Of a DNA stretch of 32,000 nucleotides, positions 19,784-27,776 are shown one piece after another. Made by a program: the position numbers and the translations under genes. Position 1 is the stretch's first letter; each line of letters begins with the position of its first letter. The DNA is from Candidatus Heimdallarchaeota archaeon B3_Heim. GTDB lineage: Archaea; Asgardarchaeota; Heimdallarchaeia; Hodarchaeales; Hodarchaeaceae. The stretch spans positions 1 through 32,000 of the forward strand of contig NJBF01000007.1 of assembly GCA_003144275.1 (NCBI GenBank), written 5' to 3'. The notes beneath the pieces were generated by a model, which saw only the letters and a program-made list of their open reading frames with translations, did no database searches and was not told the DNA's origin.

Positions 19784-20872
19784 TTGCAAATTAATGATCC
19801 TAAAAGGAATATTCCGTATATAATTGGCGAAACAGCCTATAATCATGAAGGTGATATCAATTATTTATTTAGAATGATTGATGAGATAGCAGAGTTACAA
19901 TTAAATGCTGTAAAGTTTCATTTATTACTAAATTTAGAAAGTTATATTCAAAAAAATCATCCACTCATTGCAACTTTAAAAAAATGGATTTTTAATCAGT
20001 CCCAATGGGATGAAATTATCGATTATTCTATTGAAAAAGGGTTGGACGTCATTGCTCTTTGTGATGATGTTGAAAGTTGTGAATATCTTATAAATACTGG
20101 AAAAAAGATCGATTCGCTCGAACTACATCCAGTAAGCATTAATGATCACTTCTTGCTGGATTCTATTTCAAATTTCGATGGTCGAATCATTCTCGGAGTG
20201 GGAGGGGCATCCTTAGAGGAAATACGATATGCAATAGATTTTCTGACGAATCGAGGGAGGAATAACATTCTCTTGATGTTTGGCTTCCAGAGCTATCCTA
20301 CAAATTATCAAGAAATAAATTTATCAAAAATGATTAAAATTAGAGATCTTTTCGATCTTCCAGTTGGATATGCAGATCATACAGCGTACAATGACCCTGA
20401 TAATACGTTTATTAGTATTTTAGGGGCTGCCATGGGCTTTGAAATTCTTGAAAAGCATTATACTCTCAATGTCGGACAGGAGAGAATTGATTATCATGCA
20501 GCGATTGGGAAGAAACAGATGAAAGAGATAAATCGATTAATGAAGCTCGTTCTAGATGTGTACGGGATTGGATCAATAGAAATGAGTAAAGCAGAGCTAA
20601 ATTATGGGAATATTGGGCCTATGAAGAAAGCTATCGTGGCAAAAACGGATATTTCTAAGGGAACACAATTATCTCTTGATAATTTATGGTTTAAAAGAAC
20701 TCAAGAGGAGAGCTACATTGAACAAAATCAATTTCTTAAATTATTAGGATTAGAAACCACTGTTAATATTAATAGTGATGAGATAATAGATTATTCTAAG
20801 ATCAAATATCAGTTTCAGAAGATGAGTGAAAAGGACTTTACAAATATAGGTAAGAATGAAGAGAAAGATTAA
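19784..20872 (+). CDS. Divergent NeuB/SpsE-family synthase paralogue with SAF domain
   Basis: IIGETAYNHEGD, KFH, SYP, GYADHT, LEKHYT and FKRT motifs; several canonical motifs altered. Confidence 0.8.
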   Translation: MQINDPKRNIPYIIGETAYNHEGDINYLFRMIDEIAELQLNAVKFHLLLNLESYIQKNHPLIATLKKWIFNQSQWDEIIDYSIEKGLDVIALCDDVESCEYLINTGKKIDSLELHPVSINDHFLLDSISNFDGRIILGVGGASLEEIRYAIDFLTNRGRNNILLMFGFQSYPTNYQEINLSKMIKIRDLFDLPVGYADHTAYNDPDNTFISILGAAMGFEILEKHYTLNVGQERIDYHAAIGKKQMKEINRLMKLVLDVYGIGSIEMSKAELNYGNIGPMKKAIVAKTDISKGTQLSLDNLWFKRTQEESYIEQNQFLKLLGLETTVNINSDEIIDYSKIKYQFQKMSEKDFTNIGKNEEKD

Positions 20873-21375
20873 GTCTGTTTTCTCTGTTTTGGAGAAGAAA
20901 ATTCCCAGATATGATCACAGTAAGCACTCCCTGTTACGATCTCATGATTTCTAGAAAATTGAACGCCTGGGAGAACATTTTCCGTAAAAGTTTGATCTGA
21001 GATACAGTATGCATAGGCCAAGTCAGCTAATCCTTCATCGGTTAGAATTTCATAGAATGGACAGCGAGTGAATTTCACCTTCAAAATTGTTGATGCAGAC
21101 TCTATAATTTCACAATATGGTGTTTCGCTTGCAAATTGTACATATGACTCACGAAAACGATTAAAACGTTCTTGAGAACCAGGTTCGAAATCTGAGAGTA
21201 TGTTCCTGTAATAGGTGGTCATGAATTTGCCAAACGCATCTGAAGCCACCTTAAATGCCATTTCTTTGTTTAGATTTTCATTTATCGATGTTAAAAATGA
21301 AACAGTGGCTAAAGACTGCAGTTTTTTTTGCGTGTAAATTCGATCTTTTTGAGGCGATTTCCTGTTCTTTCTCAA
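20869..21375 (-). CDS. ATC-hydrolase-like / V4R-related Cys-containing protein
   Basis: FTRCPFYE...YCISD...FSRNHEIVTGSAYCDH pattern recalls the L-2-amino-thiazoline-4-carboxylate hydrolase-like family. Confidence 0.6.
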   Translation of the reverse strand: MRKNRKSPQKDRIYTQKKLQSLATVSFLTSINENLNKEMAFKVASDAFGKFMTTYYRNILSDFEPGSQERFNRFRESYVQFASETPYCEIIESASTILKVKFTRCPFYEILTDEGLADLAYAYCISDQTFTENVLPGVQFSRNHEIVTGSAYCDHIWEFSSPKQRKQT

Positions 21376-21413
21376 GTGAATTTATCTCCTAAATTTAGAA
21401 AAATATTTTTCTT

Positions 21414-22280
21414 CTAAAAATGAAGAAAGAATTTCCAACCAAAATAAGCTCTAACCTCTTTGTCTTTTAATTTCCACTTCTCTTTCCGGGCACTCCAATA
21501 GCCCTTTAAAATTTTAATCCCATTAAATCCCGCAAGAATTGTTTTTAATAGCAATAGGATCGGATTGTAGCCAAAGTGGTATGTTAACCGTCCATTTCGA
21601 AATAAATCCTTCTTAGCAACTCTTGTAGTAGGTCGTTCTTGGATCATATAAACCTCTGATAGTTCACGAGCTTTCATTTTTCTTATTTTTGCCCGAGTAT
21701 TAATCCAAGTATCCCAATCAACCTCTGGGAAATATTCCGAAGGCGTTGACTCAAGGAGTGAGCTCCGGATGACTTTACCGGATCCCCGTGCATCTTTTCT
21801 GCCAAATTTCGCGCCAACATTAATTTGCTCTACATATTCGTTCAATTGATCCTTTACTACAATAATCCCCGACACACACCCTAAAGAAGGAGTGTTACCC
21901 ATTGTTGTAATGATTTTTTCATAATAATAAGGTTCTAGACGGGTGTCTGCATCAAGAGTCGCGACATAGTCATATCTTGCGGCTTTTGCTAATTCAAACC
22001 AAGCAGTATTAAATGTACGTCCAACCGTGTCCAAATTTGGTACTGTTTTTATTGATAATTGGAGCAATTTCAAATTTAAACTCGGATATTTGTTAATCAG
22101 TCTTTCAATTTCAACTCTAACGTTTGGATCAGGAGACCCATCATCAATAATTATCACTTCATCAGGTACTAAAGTCTGTTCTAATAATGATTTTACTAAT
22201 TCTTCCAACATTTCATACTCATTATAGACCTTTACGAATACACAGAATTTTGTACGCAAGCTCTGATCCTTTTCAATCAT
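21414..22280 (-). CDS. GT2-family glycosyltransferase
   Basis: VKVYNE, IIDDGSPD and LDADT motifs. Confidence 0.85.
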   Translation of the reverse strand: MIEKDQSLRTKFCVFVKVYNEYEMLEELVKSLLEQTLVPDEVIIIDDGSPDPNVRVEIERLINKYPSLNLKLLQLSIKTVPNLDTVGRTFNTAWFELAKAARYDYVATLDADTRLEPYYYEKIITTMGNTPSLGCVSGIIVVKDQLNEYVEQINVGAKFGRKDARGSGKVIRSSLLESTPSEYFPEVDWDTWINTRAKIRKMKARELSEVYMIQERPTTRVAKKDLFRNGRLTYHFGYNPILLLLKTILAGFNGIKILKGYWSARKEKWKLKDKEVRAYFGWKFFLHF

Positions 22281-22410
22281 GATTCTTACCTTTCAGGAAA
22301 TAACATCTTATGATTGCCCAATGCCACGATATTTAATACCTAATTCTTTAATTTTTTCACTATCCAATATGCCCTATATACCCTAACCCGATTATTGCTA
22401 CTTTTTTCAT

Positions 22411-23412
22411 TTAATTATTTCCTTTATGTATTCTCTCATGATTTCCTGTAAGTTCCCGTGTTGTCCATAACAAGAAGAGCAATCCAAGGCCCACTCCAAA
22501 CCATAGAGTTGTGAAACGAATAACTAAGGTCAAAGCAACTGATTTTGTATATTTTACGTTAAGAAGATCGATAACCAGGAATTCTAACCCGCCTTCCATT
22601 AATCCTAACCCGCCTGGTAGGAATGAAATAGCACCTATAATGGAGGAAGTGGCATAAATAAACATAGCCATTTGGAAACTCATTTGTATGCCCAAGCTTT
22701 GCGCCACCAGCATAAAAGCTAAGCATTCACAGGCCCAACCTACCATTCCGAGGAGGAGTGCTCCAGTGAATACTGGTAAGCGAAAGGTGACAATGACATC
22801 TGCACGAAAATTATCAACATATCCACCTAATTTCCGCCATGGTCCAAAGATAAGAATTCGTGAAAAAAAGTGATAGAGAGGATCGAATAAAAATGTGATC
22901 ACACCAATCATTACCAGAAAAAGAATTATTAGAAGGATAAAAAGATAATCTGAACTGAAACCCATTATAATAATACCAATTATTGATAATAGTGTGACGG
23001 CCAGTAAATCTATCAATCGTTCAGAGAAAGTTGATGCAAGCCCCTTTGAAATATCTATATTACTCCTTTTTTTCAGTAGTAAAGCACGGATTGCTTCTCC
23101 AGCTTTTGCGGGAGTTATTGCCAAAGCTAAACCAGCCATAAAGACTTTGAAGTTATATAGAGGGGGAATTTCTAATTTTAAACTCCTTGTAAATAGAACC
23201 CATTTTAGAAATCTACATAGATAATTGAGAAAACTTAGGCCAAGTGCAATGAAAACTACTTCAACTGGAATCCCAGCTAAGTAGATAAGAAGTTGGTTCC
23301 GATTACTGATAAATATCAGAACTAAATAAACTCCTGCTCCCAAAATTAACCCAAATACAAAATTACGGAATGTAAAGATCTTACTATAAAAAGATTCACT
23401 CTTTAATTCCAT
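22411..23412 (-). CDS. Lysylphosphatidylglycerol-synthase TM / flippase-like membrane protein (UPF0104, AglD C-terminal-like)
   Basis: RFLKW, TPAKAGEAIR, ERLIDL, PGGLGLMEG and RFTTLW motifs; multi-TM. Confidence 0.85.
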   Translation of the reverse strand: MELKSESFYSKIFTFRNFVFGLILGAGVYLVLIFISNRNQLLIYLAGIPVEVVFIALGLSFLNYLCRFLKWVLFTRSLKLEIPPLYNFKVFMAGLALAITPAKAGEAIRALLLKKRSNIDISKGLASTFSERLIDLLAVTLLSIIGIIIMGFSSDYLFILLIILFLVMIGVITFLFDPLYHFFSRILIFGPWRKLGGYVDNFRADVIVTFRLPVFTGALLLGMVGWACECLAFMLVAQSLGIQMSFQMAMFIYATSSIIGAISFLPGGLGLMEGGLEFLVIDLLNVKYTKSVALTLVIRFTTLWFGVGLGLLFLLWTTRELTGNHERIHKGNN

Positions 23413-23419
23413 AAGCTTC

Positions 23420-23608
23420 CCGTTCTGAAAGACTTACCCAAATCGGACATTTAGGGACAATTAAGATTTTTATGTTAATGATGCTAATTATCACCAGTCG
23501 GTATTGGTGCTATTCTTCCTGCTTCCTCGACGCGTGCCTGTTGGTACACAGGTCTTACCGCCTCTCCACAGGCATTTAAGGTCTCCGCGGAACTCTCGGC
23601 GACAGGAA
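23420..23608 (-). ncRNA. Second, stand-alone copy of the tnpB 3'/right-end region (predicted omegaRNA scaffold B)
   Basis: Diverged direct repeat of 23643-23814, with a 24-bp identical end (23420-23443 = 23643-23666) and a 29-bp identical core (23575-23603 = 23781-23809). Confidence 0.6.
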
Positions 23609-23642
23609 TTATTAGGGGTTCCTTCTTTATAAAATCATCAAA

Positions 23643-23814
23643 CCGTTCTGAAAGACTTACCCAAATAAGACAGTTAAAAATAATTAGGAACAATTATTAC
23701 AAACCGTCCTTGGAGCTGTTCTTCCTGATTCATCGACGCGAGCCTGCTCAGATGCAGGTTTTACCACCTCTCCACAGGCGTTTAAGGTCTCCGCGGAACT
23801 CTCGGCGACCGGAA
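23643..23814 (-). ncRNA. Predicted TnpB omegaRNA scaffold A, overlapping the tnpB 3' end and element right end
   Basis: Known TnpB architecture places the omegaRNA over the 3' end and right end; hairpin CCTGC-N6-GCAGG at 23743-23758; ends ...TCTTTCAGAACGG. The 5' boundary is taken from the repeat limit. Confidence 0.6.
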
Positions 23815-24964
23815 ATAGTCGGAACCGATAGATAACATAATAATTGGCTACATTGCACGCAGCATTCTGATCACGATCTAATACCAACCCACATAACGGG
23901 CAATGAAAAACCCGATCAGCTAACGTTAGATCCTGCTGGTAATACAGGCAATTAGAGCATAATTTCGAGGAAGGAAACCAGCGATCGATCTCAATCAACG
24001 TAGAACCATAGAAAGGTGCCTTATATGCGAGGAAACGCTGAAACAGACCATGTGAAAGATCGGCCCAATATTTACTCAGCTTCTTATTTTGCATTAATCC
24101 TTTGACATATAAATCCTCGGTAACTATCACGCTGTGGTTTTTAGCCAGATAGGTAGAGGTTTGATGCAAAAAATTATGCCGTTGGTTTGTAATTCGACGA
24201 TAGAATTGCGCTAAGCGGAGGGCAGACTTTCGTTTATTATTTGAGCCGTTCTCTTTCCGTGAATGAGCTTTTGATAATCGACACTGTTTCCGAGCTTGAC
24301 GGAGGAGGAAATTAGGTCGTGCGATGGGGATTCCAGAAGATAAGGCGGCAAAGACGGATAATCCTTTATCCAACGCAACGAGTGGGCCACCGTTTGGTTT
24401 ACGATCCGGTTGTTCCTCTTTCACGGTAAGAGCCACAGACCAGCGATCCGCAGTCCGAGAGATCGTGGCACTCAGTATCCGTGCCGATACAGGTAAATTT
24501 GGCGTTTCTTTTAGCCGTAATTTCCCCAAACGAGGTAATTGGACCTGTTTTACCGCTGGAAAAAGGCGAACCACTCCCGTCAATCGAAAGCTGTCCTTAC
24601 ACTTGCCTTTTTTCTTGAATCTGGGCAATCCGACATAGCGGATGGTTCGGTTCTTTTTTCTTTGTTGATGATTGGTGAAGAAATTCTGATAGCCACGATC
24701 TAAGTCGCGGAGGGCCTCTTGCGGGACACATTTCGAGACCTCATACATCCAGGGAAAATCAGTGTTTTTCAAGCGATTTAATTCTTTATGTTGTTTTATA
24801 GCATCGGTATAACGAGCTGTACCTGTTTGCGTGCGATAACGTTGTTTTCGACTGGCTAATCCCCAGTTCCAGGTAAATCGTGATATACCTGCACATTTGG
24901 TCAGTAGCGTCCGTTCCTTGTTATTTACACATAATTCGTACTTATATCCTCGTGTACGGAGCAT
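23684..24964 (-). CDS. tnpB: TnpB RNA-guided endonuclease
   Basis: N-terminal HTH-type start (CAGISRFTWNWGL); RuvC acidic residues in ALDKG, TEDL and DRDQNA; zinc finger CSNC...CPLC; FPSSKLCS. Confidence 0.95.
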   Translation of the reverse strand: MLRTRGYKYELCVNNKERTLLTKCAGISRFTWNWGLASRKQRYRTQTGTARYTDAIKQHKELNRLKNTDFPWMYEVSKCVPQEALRDLDRGYQNFFTNHQQRKKNRTIRYVGLPRFKKKGKCKDSFRLTGVVRLFPAVKQVQLPRLGKLRLKETPNLPVSARILSATISRTADRWSVALTVKEEQPDRKPNGGPLVALDKGLSVFAALSSGIPIARPNFLLRQARKQCRLSKAHSRKENGSNNKRKSALRLAQFYRRITNQRHNFLHQTSTYLAKNHSVIVTEDLYVKGLMQNKKLSKYWADLSHGLFQRFLAYKAPFYGSTLIEIDRWFPSSKLCSNCLYYQQDLTLADRVFHCPLCGLVLDRDQNAACNVANYYVIYRFRLFPVAESSAETLNACGEVVKPASEQARVDESGRTAPRTVCNNCS

Positions 24965-25402
24965 CCCTGACCATCCTTACTAGCACTCACTAACATAACA
25001 TAGCAATACTGATTGATTACGCGCTTTTCTTCTTATAAACCTACGAGGCCACGTGATCTAAATCAAAATTGCTAATATTCCGTTATTTTATTGTTAAAAG
25101 GTTAATTAGGTCATCACTGGAACTATAATCTCATGAGATCTGTTTATTTCTCTATTAATTATATCTTTTAGTCTCTCCTCCCTCTTCCTAAGTTCCATTG
25201 CTTTTTGTTTCCCTTTTCCCCTTGAAATTCACTTTTCCTATTTGTCTATAAATGTCTATATTTGGCTATTATTCAATAGATAGTTTACAACCCTACATTC
25301 CAGATCAAACGGGGTTCCTTTCCCTCATTTTAGCGTTAATAGGTTAACTAGCCCATCGTTTTATCTATAATCCAATGAGACAAATTAAATCCCCAGTCAT
25401 TA

Positions 25403-25651
25403 TTATAATTCATGTTCTGTCCCCGTTTCTTTCGTTGTTCTGTATGCTGTCTTAAACTTCCTCTTCGTCCTGTGTGTCCATAAATGTCGATATCTATCCA
25501 TTGATTCGCTAGCTATTATCAACCCTTTGAGTATCACTTTTAAAATGCAGATCAATGAATCACCATCAATAACCACTAAAAAATCCCTTCTGAGTTCTAC
25601 CAGTGCATCATTTAGAAAGGATTTCTCTGACCTAGCAAATTTTTTTACCAC
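25403..25651 (-). CDS. Hypothetical small protein
   Basis: 82-aa ORF only; no motif recognised. Confidence 0.25.
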   Translation of the reverse strand: MVKKFARSEKSFLNDALVELRRDFLVVIDGDSLICILKVILKGLIIASESMDRYRHLWTHRTKRKFKTAYRTTKETGTEHEL

Positions 25652-25692
25652 AACCTACATCAAACATCATTTTTTTTGTCTCCTGATCGTCT

Positions 25693-26073
25693 TTGTTGCG
25701 AGAAAAAGAATGTCTTGAATGTAAACAACATTTTCCTGTACCGTCTATGATTAGAGGTGTAAAGACTAACCAATATGGGGATAAGGAAAAATATGGTTAT
25801 CTCTGCGGAAGATGTTATCGGAATAGCGTGGAAAAACGATCAAAAATCCTCCTCTTTTTCACTGTGGGTTCTGGGGTTATAGGATTTATTTTCTTTAGTC
25901 TAATCTTGTATATGTATCTATTTGTCAAAACTCTTTTAGCTGATCAGTTCATATCTACAGTAGAAACTTTTTCATCCTTGGGTATTATTTTCATTTTATT
26001 TTCTTTGGTCTTGTTTTACATGCGTCACAAAGAGTTGTCTAAAATGCGGAAGCAAATTAAAACTCTTCGTTAG
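25693..26073 (+). CDS. Hypothetical zinc-finger plus two-TM membrane protein
   Basis: CLEC...CGRC followed by two hydrophobic helices and a basic tail. Confidence 0.6.
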   Translation: MLREKECLECKQHFPVPSMIRGVKTNQYGDKEKYGYLCGRCYRNSVEKRSKILLFFTVGSGVIGFIFFSLILYMYLFVKTLLADQFISTVETFSSLGIIFILFSLVLFYMRHKELSKMRKQIKTLR

Positions 26074-26088
26074 TTTTTTATCCGTACA

Positions 26089-27156
26089 TTATGAGGAGAA
26101 ATCATTATAATTAAGAAGCTTATTCATAGTTGGATGTTCTTCAAGTTTAGTAATTATTTTCTTTATTTCGTGAGCTCTCCCCTTTTTACACACAAAAATG
26201 CAATCATTTGTATCAATTATGACCAAATCTTCAATACCCAGTCCGACGATTGGTTTTTCTCCGAATATTATACTATTTTTCACATCGACACCTAGGAAAT
26301 CTGATTGAATTATATTACCTTCATTATCTCTGTCCATGATTCTGTCTAGAGAATCCCAAGTTCCAATATCATCCCATTCAAAATCTCCTTTAACGACTAC
26401 CAGATCACTTGACTTTTCCATAATTCCATAATCTATCGAAACTTTCGATAACGGTTCAAATACTTTTTTTGCTACCTGTGGATCAAAATTTTCTTTTCGA
26501 ATTGTTTCTAATCCCTCATAAAGAGTTGGCATGAATTTTTTATAGCTCAGATATAGAAAAGAGGGTTTTACAATGAACATTCCTGAATTCCACAGATATC
26601 CAAGACGTATATACTCTCGGGCTGTAGAAGATGTGGGTTTTTCTTTGAAAGAATTCACTTCAAATGTATTTTCTGTTGTAGCAGTCAATCTATTTCCTGG
26701 TTCGATATATCCAAAGCGGGTTTCAGCTCTACGTGGTTTTATACCTATTAGTGCAATCTTATTTTGTTCAGCTAATTTGACGGCGGGGTTTATCGCAAGT
26801 TTAAATTTTGTTAAATCTGGTATAAAATAATCTGCTCCCATAAAAATGGTTACATCATTCTGATCATCATTCAATAAGTGTGAACAAGCATAACCAATGC
26901 CTGCGGCTGAATCTCGACCTAAAGGTTCGACGATTAGATTTACATCTGGCAATTGTTCTCGAATTAGCTGTTTAAGACTATCCCGCGTCGAAATATGAAT
27001 TTTTTTTGAATCAACAATCTTACAGGCATTATGATACGTCTGTTGGATCAATGAAACGCCTCTATCAAGGGAAATACATTGTTTAGGTTTGTTTTTACGT
27101 GATTTTGGCCATAAGCGTTCCCCTCCGCCTCCTGCTAATATCACAATATTGACCAT
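26089..27156 (-). CDS. manC: Mannose-1-phosphate guanylyltransferase
   Basis: ILAGGGGERLWPKSR, EPLGRDSA, ETRFGYI, FKEKP, WNSGMF, SIDYGIME and WDDIGTW motifs. Confidence 0.92.
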   Translation of the reverse strand: MVNIVILAGGGGERLWPKSRKNKPKQCISLDRGVSLIQQTYHNACKIVDSKKIHISTRDSLKQLIREQLPDVNLIVEPLGRDSAAGIGYACSHLLNDDQNDVTIFMGADYFIPDLTKFKLAINPAVKLAEQNKIALIGIKPRRAETRFGYIEPGNRLTATTENTFEVNSFKEKPTSSTAREYIRLGYLWNSGMFIVKPSFLYLSYKKFMPTLYEGLETIRKENFDPQVAKKVFEPLSKVSIDYGIMEKSSDLVVVKGDFEWDDIGTWDSLDRIMDRDNEGNIIQSDFLGVDVKNSIIFGEKPIVGLGIEDLVIIDTNDCIFVCKKGRAHEIKKIITKLEEHPTMNKLLNYNDFSS

Positions 27157-27243
27157 CCTAGTTTCCTCTAAATTTACCCTGCGTGTTATTTCAATTGAAA
27201 ATTTCTATGGACCAAGAATAAAAAGCTTACTCGAATATTCGAA

Positions 27244-27624
27244 TTAATTTTTATGCAAATATTTCCCGATTATTCGAAGTAATTCCGCAGAACTGAATGG
27301 CTTTGTCACATACTCTTCCGCCCCTGCTTGAAACCCCTCTTCGATATGATGATCAAGAACCTTTGCTGAGAAGATGATAATAGGAATAGATTTATGTATA
27401 GGATCGGTTTTTAATCGTTTACAAACCTCTATACCATTTAATTCTCCAGGCATTCTGATATCAAGAAGAATTAAATCGGGTTTCTGCTTAACTTCCTCTA
27501 AGGCTTCCGAACCATTTAGGGCCTTGAGTACATCGTAACCTTCATGTCTTAAGATTGTCTGCATTAATTCAAGAGTATCAGGTTCGTCATCAACTACTAA
27601 AATACTTTTTTTCTCCGAAACCAT
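27244..27624 (-). CDS. Stand-alone response-regulator receiver domain (CheY-like)
   Basis: ILVVDDE, LLDIRMP, FSA and YVTKPF motifs. Start placed at MVSEKK; the track start is 27648. Confidence 0.9.
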   Translation of the reverse strand: MVSEKKSILVVDDEPDTLELMQTILRHEGYDVLKALNGSEALEEVKQKPDLILLDIRMPGELNGIEVCKRLKTDPIHKSIPIIIFSAKVLDHHIEEGFQAGAEEYVTKPFSSAELLRIIGKYLHKN

Positions 27625-27776
27625 TCGAAAAACCCGTGGATAATGCAATATAAGCAGAATTTGTAACTTTTTACAGGCTAACTTAGTTAGTTTAATAATT
27701 TTATTTCAGAGTCTATCGGCTTGTAAGATTCTTACTCTTATTTCTGATGAATTATATTGAATAGACCATCCTTTAT

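Larger units (their letters stand above)
23420..23814. repeat. Imperfect tandem direct repeat (189 bp and 172 bp units) separated by a 34-bp spacer
   Basis: Units 23420-23608 and 23643-23814 aligned by eye; spacer 23609-23642. Confidence 0.9.
23643..25079 (-). mobile_element. IS607-like tnpB-only (non-autonomous) insertion element
   Basis: tnpB with GC above its flanks; no tnpA in the window; right end finishes in AACGG and another AACGG lies at 25080-25084 (minus strand). The left boundary is inferred. Confidence 0.6.

Noticed and set aside
23484-23693. 69-aa ORF resembling the TnpB C-terminus
   Set aside because: It is the translation of right end A, the spacer and scaffold B; better explained as an RNA or end duplication than as a protein.
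23420-23814. CRISPR array
   Set aside because: Only two long (170-190 bp) diverged units derived from tnpB; no short regular repeats and no cas genes.
25311-25320. GGGGTTCCTT shared with the 34-bp spacer (23615-23624)
   Set aside because: Only 10 bp, with no extension on either side.
25403-25670. MMFDVGCGKK upstream of the 82-aa ORF, joinable by a frameshift in an A7 run and resembling methyltransferase motif I
   Set aside because: The fused product (~88 aa) is too short and lacks other methyltransferase motifs.
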